DNA of 64,000 bases, taken from Camelus dromedarius (lineage: Eukaryota). Positions 15,505-29,629 of the stretch are shown here, piece after piece. The stretch covers positions 34,350,001 to 34,414,000 of the forward strand of contig NC_087436.1 of NCBI RefSeq assembly GCF_036321535.1, given 5' to 3'. The notes below the pieces were generated by a model. The model worked only from the letters and a program-made list of their open reading frames with translations, was not told where the DNA came from and searched no databases. Numbering within the stretch: the stretch's first letter is position 1; each line of letters begins with the position of its first letter. The position numbers were made by a program, and so were the translations under genes.

Positions 15505-15668
15505 GTTTCTTACAATGAGGTCAGTGGGCTATTTGCATCAGAATCACTTCAGGGACTTGTTAAAATGACATGATCTAAAGTTTCTTGGATCTTCTAAAAA
15601 ATAATCTGCATTTTAAAATAAGCATTCACGTAGGAATCCTCATGTGCATTAAGTTTTGAGACCATATG
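15505..15668. mobile_element. MER5-type hAT-Charlie MITE
   Basis: GCATCAGAATCAC...CTTGTTAAAATG...AATCTGCATTTTAA...AAGTTTTGAGACCA, typical MER5 words. Confidence 0.65.
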
Positions 15669-17491
15669 GAAATGGAATATTTTTACAAGTTTAAATTTTG
15701 CTTATTATGCATCTACAAAATAGAAACAATAAAAGCCTTGAAAAAGCACGTTGAAGAAAATGTTGTACGTTCTCATATTTTGTATGTCTGATATTTTAAA
15801 GAATGTTTTTCCAGATTTATTTGCTTAAAATACTCTTCTACATTCAATCTATTTTTTATCACTCATTCAGAATAGGCTTAAAGTGATCTTAAAAACCATC
15901 TATGCTATAAACACATATAAAATTATACAAATAATATACCGAGTACAGTGAAAATATTAATTACTTATTTAAAAGTTCCCAAACTGATATCTATATCAGA
16001 AACTTCAGTCAGAATGTGCTACTGGTCGAGATGAGTTTTGGAGTTAGTGCCTGCGGGCCAGTCCTGGCTCTAGGCCTTGCTAATTGTATGACCCAAAGGG
16101 TGCAAATTTATCTTTCCCTAAGCCTGAGTTTTCTCATTTGTAAAACTACTGACGTTTTACAATTTATTTTTCTAAATTCTCTTTATCGCTTTTCTTTTGG
16201 TCCTTTTCCCCCTTCTGATTCTACTTTCAAAACCTTGGATATAAATATTCTTTGTAAAGCACATATATGCAATCTTAAAATGTTGTTCCCTATGCTAAGA
16301 ATAAATACTTTTAATAAGATCTCTTTTGACTTTTTGTTACTGTTATTCCTTTGAAAAATATATAATAAATCTTTTTTAAATGTTTTTAAAAAGCAACATC
16401 TATTTCATAGCATTACTTTGAGATTTGAATCAAAAAGCATAAATAGCCACTTTTTCTTAATAAATAGCTCATATTCTTTTAGGGATAGTTGCCATTATTG
16501 TTCAATAATATTATTTACTAACCATACTGTTCTTGTTTAATAATGATTATCACACTTAGAAATAATGCTGAAGACAAATGAATAGAGTTCCTCACCAAGA
16601 TACACATCTTCATCAAATGTACGCATGCACAGAGGCACTGTAGAGCAAAGGTAGCTCTTCAGGGCAGAGACGCAGCCCAGAACAGCCCAGGGTCCTAGCA
16701 GGAAGGAGGGAAGGCACATTGGGACTGAGAAGCTGCCTCAGACCATCTAAGAGTGTCTTAGATACTAAAGCATCTCTGAAATGAGGCCCAAGGTGGACAT
16801 ACTTTAAATCAAGTTCTATTTAGTTACACAGTGATATCTCATATCAAATATTTTAAAAACAGGAAACTATTAAAGATAGATATTGTTTAATAGATGTCTT
16901 CTCCGAATAGAGACCAAGGAAATGATTTCACTCCCAATAATTTAAAATATGCAGATAACCCCTTATGAAGCACAAAAACTCAAGTCTTAAGTAAGATAAT
17001 CTCAATTGTATGAAACCAGTTACTATAATCAGTTGGTAAAACTTTATTTCATCACAGCAATCTTCTACATTTTCTGAAAATGGTTTATGTGATGTTTGTC
17101 TTCCTGTTAGATGTTTGTCCCCTGGAGGCCTAGATCTGTAAAATGCAAATCTGAATCTCCAGTACTAAACCCCATGTCTGGCATACTGAATACAGGAATG
17201 AAAGTTGAGGATGGGAAGGCAATACAAAGGCAAATAAATTGTTCACAATTTAAAAAAGAACAAGGTCTTAGCACTTATCCCTTCTAATTTAGGAGTCCTT
17301 GGTTTGTCTCAGTGACAATGAGCAGAAACAAGATTTTCACATGGTGAACATATACAATGGCCAGGAAAACGATTAACAACTCTCCTGTTTCTGTATACAT
17401 CTTCCATCTCAGAAGAAAACTGGAAACCCGAAGTTGCTTGAATTATCTACTGAGAAACACTGCAAGAAAGCTCTCAAAGGTGTTCTCATTT

Positions 17492-18012
17492 TGTAACAGA
17501 AAAGAACAATCCGTCTCCATATTGGATCTGCTCCTTTGGCTTTAGCCTGGTGCCCTGTTTTCTAGGCTTGGTCTTGCTAGCTGTGCACCTTTCGTAAAAG
17601 AATGTTGCCTTTAGCCTGAAATATACAGGAGAGCTTATTCTCAAGGCTCTGACATTAAAGGATGTTAACATTTTTGCACTTATATAAAGATAGTAAGTTG
17701 CAGAACAGAAAATAACATTTGTTTTATTAAAGGTTTTACAGGGGCACCATGACCTGACCCACATGGACAGCTACAAGAACAAAGAATTCCTACACCAGTA
17801 AGTTTGCAACAACCAACTACACGCCTTCCCCTTTTTTAGTATAAAAGGAGCCTGAATTCTGAGTTGAGTAGGATAGTTCTCCAAAACATTAGTCTGCCAT
17901 CCTCTAGATTGCTGGCTTTCCGAATAAAGTTGTTATTTCTTGCCCCAACACCTCATCTCTCGATTTATTGGCCTGTCATGTGGCAAGCAGAACAAGTTTG
18001 GACTCGACAACA
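17492..18012 (+). mobile_element. Solo ERV LTR (ERV1-like), antisense to FAT4
   Basis: TGTAACA...CAACA termini, TATAAAA at 17840-17846, AATAAA at 17923-17928, then a U5-like segment; no clean TSD. Confidence 0.75.
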
Positions 18013-18679
18013 TTATAAGGAACGCTTAACACACAGTAACACTAATCTTCAATGCAACTCACACATTAGATATACTGCGTTATATGTACATAGGTGTTTT
18101 AATATATAGGTGTATTTATAAGTGTGGGCTCCATATTATCCCTTCTTTCATGACTAAATCCATATTAATTATCAATAACTAAATTGAAGTTAAATATTAT
18201 ATTTTTCTTTCTTCCAAAGCCATCATTAAAAGCATAAATTGATTAATTCATTTTAAAGTATTTAATTAGGAGATATGTTTAGGTGTATCAATGATAGAGA
18301 CACCGCTTTCAACGTTATTTTAACATCTAATTTAATTCAGTTAATCATGAATTCAACCCTTAGCAAATAGAAATTTTCTGTGATTTCTCAGCATGTCTTG
18401 CCTTTTAACATGATTTATAGTTTAACACAATTCATTGATGTTCTCTGAAGCAAGATTATTAATTCTTTAAAAAATATTGTTTGATTATATTATTTAGCTT
18501 TCAAAAAGTGCATATTCATTATATAAATATTCCAAACAAAAAAGTAAGACCTGGTTATGATAGAGGTCAAGACTCAAACAAATGCTTTTTTTTACATTTA
18601 TGGGTTTTTTTCCTTTTAATCTCATTATTTCTATTACATTAGCAGACAATGATGTGTAATAGTTAAAGAGCAGAAGAAT

Positions 18680-18890
18680 GTGGTGGAAAGAACAAAAGCT
18701 TTGGAACCAAATCAACGCAAATCCAGCTCTACCACAAACCAACTTACTCAAATTGTCATGGTCCTTGGTGCTCCATCTATGAAATGGAGATACTGTTATG
18801 TTCCTCAAATAACTACTGAGAGAAGCAAATTAGATAATATTTGTACAACATATAGTACAGTGTGTGACACATAAGTTGGAAATCAACAAA
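18680..18890 (+). mobile_element. MIR SINE (degraded); other likely MIR pieces near 16030-16150, 19850-19970, 25700-25920 and 61870-62090
   Basis: Core-like AAATCCAGCTCTACCAC...CCATCTATGAAATGGAGATA...AAATTAGATAATA. Confidence 0.6.
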
Positions 18891-21800
18891 AACTGGCATC
18901 CTCTTACCACTCCAATTCTGTTTAAATGTATTTGCCTCCATAATCATAGTACATTTAAAATTGTTCCAGCATCAGTGCCTTGACATCAGAGAAGTACCAT
19001 GTTTCATTTCCTCTATTGGAATAGAAAGAAGACTCCTTATTCAGAAAAGCACAAGTAAAATTAACAGCTTTCACAATATCTTTTCTTAGAAATAGAACTC
19101 CTAAAATTGCAGTGCTTACAATGATCAGATATTAGTTGGAATATTTAAAATTCTCTCTATGAAATGTTTCAAATATGGTATTAAATTGAAACAAAAGGCT
19201 TTTAGGGCTCAAATATGTTCTAAAATCTAATTTCTAACACTTTCCTTTCAATAAAGTTTTTATTTAAATTGTTTATCCCAGATAGGCTATGTTTTAAAAT
19301 GACTTCAGTATATGATACTCTTAACAGAACACAGTCCAAAATTGGGTAATACTTATCTGGTTTTGTATTATATTAACATGAAAAGAAGAATCCTGCAATT
19401 AACTTAAATTTAAATTGTATGCAAATCAATATTTTAAAAATTACATTTGTTCCTTGTCTTAGGTAATAATCTTTCTTAGTTATGTCTTCCAGCTCACTAG
19501 TCACTGTCATTTAAAAATGATCTTTCTACCTGATATAGAATAAATGAAGAAAATTATCAGGGGTATTTTTTAATGTGCTTCCTTAATAATCTTCCTAAAA
19601 CCAGGAAATATAATTTGTAAGTTTGGTTTTGTTTCCCATTTACATGGTATCATTAGAAATGTCATCACAATTCCTGCATAAACAGTAGCTATTTACATGC
19701 CCAGTAGCTGTTTACACTTTTTTCTTTTTAATCATTGCTTTCTGGACCACACAAGAAGTAAATAACTGAATGTAGCACCACTAAAAGTAAACCAGACTTT
19801 TAGGAAACTATGCATTGCTATTTGCAGTGGTTAAAATAAGTGGTTAGAATTCTCTCTATTTAACAGATGAAGGCACTGTGGCTCAGAGATGTTTAACTTC
19901 TGCTTCAAGGTCACACAGCATGAAAGGGTGAAGCCAGGATTTGAACAAAATTATTCTAACTTCCAAATGTATGTTTATTTATAAAAAACATTTAATCATG
20001 CAGTGCACAAGTTTACTCATTATTAAGAATAACATAGAACTCCTTCAGAAATTGAAGTACATATTAAATCCTTTAATGGAGGTTTTACAATAATTGATTT
20101 TAGGAAAAATTAAAGTCATGAAAATAAAATTGAAATTATAGTTTCACTTCTGCAAATGTAATGTTTCCCTTATGCATCATCAGAAGTTAAATTCACTAAA
20201 ATAATACACTAACTTAGGCTATTTTTTTCAAATAGTATTTGAGGTAGAAGGTAAAGACAAGCTAAGAAGTAAATGTATAATGTGATGTATTTAATTTTAG
20301 ACATGAATAACAAACACTTTCTCCTGGAAAATCACCTTTGCTTAATGTTAATACTGCTCAAAGTAACACCTCCCTAACCTCCAATAACCAATATCTAAAA
20401 CTACCAGTTTTTTTGTTTTTTTAGTTAACAAAAATGTATCCTTTAAATGTATATTCTCTTGGTTGCTGAGCAACAAAAAATTCTTCATTTAAGTATAAAC
20501 ACACAGGCAGAAAAGTGCCAAGAAGAAAATACAATAATAGACACCTTTATCAGCTATAGCCATCTGTGCTCAGTTTGACCCAAAGCTTTGGCAAGCTCAT
20601 GGAGTCCCTCCCATCCCAAAGCATCTTGTCCTATAAAGAAAATGGTTACTCCCACTTCCTTCATTTTCCAGCAAGTCAGGGGTCAAGTGTGTTCTAAATC
20701 TGCCAGGCTCCAGACTTGAAATGCTAAAGATTCATTGCTTTCTTGTAATTAATTACAACTCAATGGATAAATAAATAACTTTCCCTATTTTATTATGCAA
20801 AGTAATAAAATACTAAGCTGGAGTTGCAACACATGCAGTTCTGTTCCATTTAGTCATACACATTAATTAGTATTTTCATCTTTTTAGTGGTGAATTTAAG
20901 GTACCATATTGACAAAAAAAAAAGACTGAGTCAACTTTGTGTAGCAATTAAAGGACCGCCATATAGCTACTGGTGAGGGAAAATGCTACACTAAAGCAAT
21001 CCAATAAGTTCAAGTGAAATTCAGTAACTCAATTATGTTTCTAAGAAATGATCACAATCTAAGACACAGATTGCTGGATTTAGGCCAAGTATTTTAAGCA
21101 ATTGCCTTAAATGGACCTTTAAAAGAATAGAAGTCTCCTCATGGATTAAGCTAAAATCTTCCTGAAACCCTGTGATGAGCTGTGGATATGCTAATGTGAA
21201 AACCCCAATAGGAATGCTCTTTGTGTGATTATAAAATATTAATCCACTACATGAAACAAAGCCAAATAAGAACACTTTACCAATGGGGGAATCTCTTTTG
21301 ACCCATAAATAAATTATTTGTTAGAATCGCACTTTTACAAATTGCCATAAGCCCATGCTAAAAGACATCACAATAGGAGATGTTGAAATTCTGTCATTGT
21401 ATTGGTAAAAGTATCCTTGAAAAAATCATCACTTAAAAGTAGATCTCTTTTGAGCATCTGAGATAAATTCCTCTTAGTTCCCTAAGGTTTAGAAAATCTG
21501 TATTTCTTTTGTTAACTCTCTTACACTGTATGTGCTCCTGTAGTCTTAGGACACCATGACGTATAAACCTGATCTCATTTCTCTGTCTGATCTGGCCTCT
21601 AGAAGCTACATATAAACTTACTGGACCACCTAAGTCATACATGTCTGAACACTAATCTTATATAGTCCAGGGTTATTTTTTAGCTATGCTTATTTTTACT
21701 TCCTAGAGAGTCATTTAACTATTTTATCCTCCTTTCATTGTATCTATACTTTTGTAACCTGCTTCAAACCCACTGTAGCATGAGGTGGATTATATATAAA

Positions 21801-23449
21801 CATAAGAGTAAATATTTTGACTGAAAAACAAAGTTACATACTACAATACACTATGCCAGCAGGAGGGAAGCACGTCTTCTTTAGGTATTTGCTTATTTTG
21901 AACAATTTCAGAAAGCAATATAGTATTTTTCTTTTCAGGAAAATATTTTAATTATGAATTAGAAAATTCTCACTTAAGAAGATATCAGAATTTTTGTTTT
22001 TTTTTAAAAAGTCGTTTTGAAAAAAAGATAGTTTTACCTTTATTTGATGAGATCAGCCAATTTGATTTCAATTAAGAGAATTGCATTAAATAATTGACAA
22101 AAACATTTTCAAAATAGGTTCTCAGATAAACACACATGATTTCATCATCGTCAATATTTGACAATTGAGAGATGAACAGTCCTCATCTAAATGAGACAGA
22201 AGGCTTCAAACTGAAACAAACACTGAATAATCTATTTTAATTTGCTTGTTTTGTAAGCAACTAAGCATCTCAACAAAGTTTCTGGAGCAGGAAGTTCACT
22301 CCCTTAAGGGACTATAACTATTATTGAATTATGTCAATGGTAATAAAATGATGGATGAGTAAATAGCATTAACTTAACCACAGACTGGGCAGTGTGGTTT
22401 AATGTCAAGCATGTGGACCAAAGTTAGAAAAACCTGCATGTTGTCTCCATTTGTGACCACGTGCAAAGCATGAAATTCTCTGTGCCTCCTTAAAATGAAG
22501 CAAAAAACAAAAAAACAAAAAGAACAACAACAAAAAAAACCCCACTTCATCTACCTCCTTATAGATTTGTTAGGGAAATTAAGAAAAAAGAAGAATTGCA
22601 CTCTAAAACACTCTGGAAATAGAAAGTGGTTTTCTCTAATGTTCATAGTTCTCTGTGTATCTGTACTTTGGAAAAAGGGAAGGAAACTTACAAACTTCAG
22701 TGCATACCTTTTTTTTTTTCACTCTCACAAGAAGCCACGAAATAAGCTACTATCATTTCTATTCCATGGCTGAGGATGAGATTCAGAGAGTAACCGTGAG
22801 GACATTTAAATTAAGCTTCTTCCACATCAAAAGCTTGCAGTTTCTCCTAAACTTCAGTCAGAATGAAATGGTAAATATCATTTTCTTTGCTGCATTTTAT
22901 TAATCAAGTTTACTAATCTCATTGATGTTAAATATTGAGCAAGGATGGTAAATTTGAAAAAAGAATGACAGTACCTAAACTCATCAACATTCAAAGCAGT
23001 GATTTTTAAAAGGTTCCTATGTCCTCACTATTTTGCTAAAGAGTAACATGGTTTATAGTAAGTTAAGATGTGGGCTCTCAAGTAAAATTTGGTAAGTTCT
23101 AAGGAAATGAGAGGACATGATAATGAAGTAGCACACATTGTTATATATATTCTAAAATGTTCTACTTTACCCAAATGTCTATAAAATAAGCATCAGTGAT
23201 CTCACTGTACTTTAGACAATGCAGATTTCTGGAGATTGAGTTACAGGCTCTTAGCCAGTCTAGTCATGCAGCCACTGTCATTTTATCCAGGAAAATCAGC
23301 CCTGGCCAATTAGCTAGCTTCACTAATTTCAGAAGAAGCTCCATGGCTTGGCTTGAGACATGAAAAATGACTCCTTTCTTTCAGCACGCATCACTGCCTG
23401 AGCTCCTGGCGCTTAAGCAGCGTATTTGCAGCATGTTCAACAGTAATTC

Positions 23450-25400
23450 CTTAGTTTAGCTAAGATTTACTGAACGTCTGCATTGAGCCAGCCCTATGGA
23501 AGGTGCTGGGAATACAGCAATAGTAAACAGACGAAAACCTTTCCCCTGGGGGAATGTATATGTTAGAGGGAAGACATACCGTAAACAAAAGAAAGAAGTA
23601 ACATATGTGTTATGTTGATGATGATAAGGACTAAGAAGAAACAGAAAGAAGGAAAGAGGAAAATGAAGGCTGAGGGAGAACTCTGCCAGGTGACTCTAAG
23701 AAAAGAGGTGAGGGGAGCGCAAAGCTGGCGTCCAGGCACAGAGAACGACCAGCACGAGATGGGGAGGCAGGAGCCTGGAGCCCACGCTGTGGATGCTGAG
23801 CGAGCTCAGCCAGGGAGCACCAGGAGGGAGAGAAGCCAGGGGATAACTGACAAGAGCAGGTCACATAGGACCTCAGGACTCACTATAAGGATCTGGCTTC
23901 TCTGTGAGTGAAATGGAAAGCCCTCGGTTTTGAGCAAGTGAGTGAAAGGATCTGACCTACATTTTAAATCATCACTCCAGCTGCTAGACTAGATAAAAGA
24001 GATCAAGGACAGAAGTGGGGAAGTCAGTTCATCTACTCATTAGTTCACTCATTCATTCAGCAAAAATGGACTTTGTGCCTACTATGTTCCAAGTAATGTT
24101 CTAGGCTCTTGAGGTACCTCAGTGAACATAGGCGAATATACCTGCCTTGGTGGAACTTCATTCCTGCAGGAGGAAGACAGATAAAACATAATCAAAACTA
24201 TCGATCGGCCAATTATATCACACACACACTTGTACCTGTAGAGCGCATACATAGCACTTAAAGTAATGGGATTGGTTGGGCTCCTCACCTCAGTGGAGTG
24301 GAGTAGATCAGTAAGGGAAGAATTTCAAGAACTGGTTCCAGGGCACTCCAGCATTTAGCATTTTGGGACTTGAGAAGAAGCTGGTGAAGGAGCCTGATCA
24401 GTTCTAAGGAGGGGTGCATATGAAACCCTATAGCAGGGAAGTGGAGGTCAGCCAGGATGGGAGCGTGGGTAATAAGTAATAAGTCAGTAAAGGAGGGTTA
24501 ATTCTCTCTTAGAATGTGAGATATGAGCAAATACTTGAAGCAAGGGAGGAAATTATCCAAACAGATGTCGGGAGGAAGAACTTTGAGGGGGTGTGTGCCT
24601 AGCAAGTCCTGGAAACAGCAAGAAGCCAGTAGGAATAAAGCAGATAAGCAAGGAAGGAGAAGAGTAGGAAAGAATGGTGGAGATCAGTATGAAGACGTCT
24701 TTAGTAATCCAAGGGAAGGAGGATGGTGTCTTAGACCAAGATAGTAACAGTGGAAGTGATGAGAAAAGATCAGTTTCTGGATATACCTTTAAGAGCAAGC
24801 CAAGATTAACTGGCAGATTGCACACAGGGTGTGAAAATGAGAGGTCAAAGAATAACTCCAAGTTTTTTGACCTAAACAGTTAGAAGATTTGTTATTGTCA
24901 TCAGATTTGGAAAGGTTAATTTAAAATTATTAAGAAACTAATCAAACATAATGAGGAAGTGGTTGGTTATCTGAATATGGAATTCAGGACAGATATAGAG
25001 GGTGGAGACAAAATTTTGGAGTCATCCACATAAATGTTATTTAAAATCGTGAGATTAACTGAGATCTTCAAGGGAATAAGCGTACATTAAAAAGGAAGAG
25101 TTTTTTTTGTTTGTTTGTTTGTTTTTTTTAAGAAATGATTCCAGGGATATTTCAACCTTTAAAATTTGAGGGCATGGAGAGAAGCTGGTGAAGGAGGCTG
25201 AGAAGGAATTGGTCCAAGAAACAGAATATAAAACTCTTAGAGTCTGATGACTTAGAAGTACATATTCAACGGGCACTGAGAACTGCCCAGTGGATGTAAA
25301 AATGTGGCAATCATGGTGGCCTTGGGGAGAGTAATTTCACTAGAGGCAGAAGCCAAGCCTGATAGGGGTGGATTTAAGAGATAATGAGAGGAAAGAAGGC
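23450..25400 (-). mobile_element. Cluster of degraded L2 fragments
   Basis: Reverse-oriented L2 3'-end words (ATTTACTGAACG...GTGCTGGGAATACAGCA; CATTCATTCAGCAAA...CCTACTATGTTCCAAG) followed by purine-rich L2 body sequence. Confidence 0.7.
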
Positions 25401-28299
25401 AGGGAAGAAAGTAAGTGAGGCAGGAACTGGAAGAATGAAAATATATTGTCACTGCAAACTGAAGAAAACAAAATGAAAAAGTGACAGATTTAGGTTCATT
25501 TATTCAAGTCTAACCTAAATAAAGATGAACAGGGACCAAAGTAATCCTACTACTTGGTCATTGACTAAATTCCACCTTACCCTATATTTCTTCAGTCACC
25601 AGAATGAAGAAATACCGAAATACGAGAACAATTCTTTACATAGTAAAACTTGTCTGCCTATGAAAGTACTGACAAGCATCAACCATTCTTAGAACGTGTG
25701 TGGTTAGTCAGTGTTGTATTGACTCTGGAGTCAGACTACTGGGTTCAAATCTGCTTCCACTGTAAACCAGCTCCATAAACTTAACCCATTAGCCTCCATA
25801 TTCTCATTTATCAAATGGCAAGATGTCGTGCATATCTCCAGGATTACTATGAAGGCAAGACAATGCCTGGTGCTCACCAGCGTTTGACATAATGTAAGCA
25901 CTTTATAAATGTTAGACTCTATACATGATAAAACGTTTCAGAAAAGTGTCAATAGTCTGAAACAAATAATCCACAGCAGTCCATTCGTTTCCAATTGCCA
26001 GCTGTCAAGCAGAGTTTACAAATGTCTCTCAGCATTTCCTCAGTACCTTAAAACTTGGTTGTTACCCCCTGATTGTCTCCCAAATATGGATACATGTCTG
26101 GAAACTGTATCCTTACAGTCAATTCTTGATCATCACATTTAAATTAACTCCCAGTTAGATTATGTTTTATCTTCATGGCTTTATTGTCCCATTTTGGCTC
26201 AGGAGATTAACACCAGGGAAAATCCAGCAACCTTTGTACAAAGGTTGCATATATGTTTATATATGATATTATACATACAGATATGTTACATGTATATATT
26301 TTATGAAAAAATACTTGTCTAGTAGAATTTTTAAAAGTTTTTCACTTCTCTGCATTCTTCATACTTTCTCCTCCTTATTCATTGTACTACTCAAATGGGC
26401 CACTGTTGTTACAGACTACTTAGACCCTGAAAGCACTGGAAAATAATTACCATATTCCATATCTAGGACACTCTAAAAAAACTCTTTAATTCATCTTGGC
26501 CCATGTCATTTGCCAGTTTATTCTTCTCCTATTTCCACTCCCAACCTCCTAATTCTGAATACAACCTATTTTTATGGCTATTATAAAGAGCTGAACCTTA
26601 GATTTATTTATTCTTGGAAGAGAGGACACACCTCAGGGCCCGTGGAATCCTTTATCGTCACTAACTCAACAGTCCCTCACAGCTAATGAGGCATTTTTCA
26701 CGGTAGTGATGACCGAGCGCAAGCTGCAGACAATGCAATGAAAAATTGATTCCACAAGACGTGAAGTACATAAATATTCTTTCAAAAGTATTCCTGGAGT
26801 AGTTGCCTCAAAATTTAACAGAATAAAGGATTAATAGGATTCAGGTTTTAATAAAGGCCAAAAAAAAACCCAAAACCCAATAAATGTGTCAGAAGATAAA
26901 TGATATCTATGGAAGTCTACCACCAAAACAGAGAGACCACATCGAGCATCCCAAAGCCATGCACGAAATATGCAGCATGAGCTTTACTGTCCATCAATAT
27001 TCCTGCCTGTGAAACACATTTGTACATGTCTTGAAAATGGACAGAGCCCTTTAAGTCACAGTATTTTGTTTAATAAATTTAAAGGCATACCAAAAGGGCA
27101 AAAATAAAATCAGAAAATAAATTATATGTTGCTAAAAACAAAACAAAACAACACCACCAACACCAACAACAACAAAAAACCACTGTGGAGATCAAAAACC
27201 AACGAAGTAAGAAAATATTTTCCTCCTTTTAATATAATTTTCACACTCTGTTCAGCCACATTCATCATTATTCCTTAGGAGAGTAGGATTTACCATCTGA
27301 ATATCCAAAAATGGATTCTCCACCTTCATAAATTACAGCGACTGCTTCCAAACTGTAGAGGGCTGTGGATTAGGAGAGTCAAGACACACACCTGTGCCCT
27401 CCTTTTGTCCCAGTTCCCCTCTCCTGTATTCCTACCCCTCCTCTTCCCTGCCCCACAAACACTTCCACATACCCTCAATTTGGGAGCGTTGTTGCTGCCA
27501 GAAACTGACCTGTAGGAGTGCAGAGCATCGGCGGATGGCCTTGACCAAGGTGGCAAAAATCACGCCTCTCCTAGTTCAGACAATGCATCATACTACTTTT
27601 CGAAGCCTTTTTAACACCAAAAAGAGTGTGGAAACAAGGTTATCAAAAGCACACATACGTACTTGTATCTACCGAGTAAAGAGCCCCTCTCTTAACAAAG
27701 GCCGTAGATTGCCCTAGCTTTACAGGATTGCAGCTAGAATACAAATGAAGGACTAACCAAGTCTGGGTGTGATTTTCCTTTCTATCTGAACTTCAGCAAA
27801 TCACTTAACTTTTCTGAGACTGTTTCCACAACCATGAGGTGGGAAGGATTCGACGAATGCTGTTGGGTGGCTCAAACGGTAAAATCCCCAAAGAAGCAGT
27901 TAGCACTCAGCTCAATGACTCAACATAGTGAAATAATAAATTTTCTTGTAATAATAATGGTTTTAATTATTATTATATATTCAGTTCTTTTGCTTATATT
28001 TTGCCTGTGAGGTATGATACACAAGATACACAGACATGTAATCAAAGGTGCACTAACTCTGATTCTAAAATCATTTCTAAACTTGGTATTTAGTATTGAT
28101 ATTACAAATGTCTCCATCGTTCCTCCTGGAAATTTTGATCATTTCATTGTGAAAATAATTTATTATCAATTGCTAAAGCTCATTTCTAATTTTTAATGAA
28201 TCATAATTGGTTCACCTAATATTCTAAACACACTTTTTTAATAGAATATTTCTAGTGGCTTTTTTAAAAAATGAATTGCAATAATCTCAGTACCCAGAC

Positions 28300-29629
28300 C
28301 TGTGGCTCTTCGTTGTGGAATATGGGGCCCTAGGCACACCAGAGACCCACTAAAGATGCTTAGGAAATCAAAACCGTCTTCATGATAATACAAAACATAG
28401 TTTACCTTTTCACTGTGTTGACAATTACAGTAGAGGTGCAGAAAGCACTGTCAGGTCGAACTGCTGGTGCCTTAGCACAAAGCAAAGCAGAGCGCCAAAG
28501 CATTCCAGCAGTAATTGTATTCTTCACTGCTGGACAGTCCCAGTAAAAATAAAATGCCAGTTTCACCTAAAAACTGAAGAACTTTCCTTGAAGAAATAGG
28601 AAGATTATTAATTTTATTAAATCTAGACCCTAAATCTCAATGTCTTTTCAATATTCTGTGTGACAAATGGTTGAAATGTGCACAAAGAACTATCAATCTG
28701 TACTTACGTGCAGTATTGTCTCAAAGGAAAGCATGTGTGTGATTGCTTGAGTTATAAGCTGAACTAGCTGCTTTATTTGTGGAATACAATTTTCACTTGA
28801 AAGAGAAACTATTTTTTCTTAGATTTGAGTATGCAGCAGACATTTTTGTTTGTTTGAAAACGAACAAAAGGAGGCTGCTATGTCAGGAAAACAATGAACA
28901 CTGTATGTTATTAATGATAAAAGTTGAGCTTTCAAGGGACAATTCAAATTTTGGAACACTCCAAACCATTACTGCGAGGTTGAGAGTCAATATACTTAAA
29001 GACTCTTTTGAAAAGATCCTTATCAGTTATACCAATATTTTCCAAAGGATCAATGCCTGGTATTTCTAAGTCATGTATAGAGAAATATTCCACTCAGAAT
29101 GCAAGATACAGCAATATTTTCATGTAACAAAGTATGAGAAGTTCACTGGTGGGGTTTCAGATTCATCACTGCAATAAGTTTTAAGAAACTGCCACTTGTG
29201 AAATTCTGGTGTGGTATCCAAAAAAATCGACAATTATCTGAAAAGGATATCCAAGTATCTCTCCCTTATCCAGCGCCATCTATCTGAATGAGGAAGGGTT
29301 ATTTTCATAAACTTTAACCAAAACATTGCAATAGATGGAATGAGAAGATTTGAGAATCCAGCTGTCTTCTTTTAAGCCAGATATTAAAGGGATTTAAGAA
29401 GTAAAATAATGTCTCTCTTTTCATTATTTTTTTAAATTGGGCAAAATAAAGTCCTTTTAATAAAATTTAAAAAAAAATATGTTACATGGTTAATGTAATT
29501 TTTAAATAAATTAATAAATATTTTAAAATTCTCTCAGTCTTTATGTTTTAAATAAAAAATATCAATAGATAAGACACACCTAAGCAAAAGCTCTTCAGGG
29601 TCCTGAGACCAACAAACTTGACAACTGCA
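28300..29629 (+). mobile_element. Charlie1-family hAT DNA transposon (Charlie1a-like) with a decayed transposase remnant
   Basis: CCTTTTCACTGTGTTGACA...GGTGCAGAAAGCA...AACTGCTGGTGCCTTAGCAC...TTGTATTCTTCAC near the 5' end; 3' end AAAAGCTCTT...GGGTCCTGAGACCAACAAACTTGACAAC; matches my recollection of the Charlie1 consensus. Confidence 0.8.

Noticed and set aside
16745..16763. Perfect 8-bp hairpin ATCTAAGA-GTG-TCTTAGAT
   Set aside because: Short stem expected occasionally by chance; no supporting context
28779..29069. 96-aa ORF in the Charlie1 element as a possible domesticated transposase
   Set aside because: Short, and the surrounding element is frameshifted and full of stops
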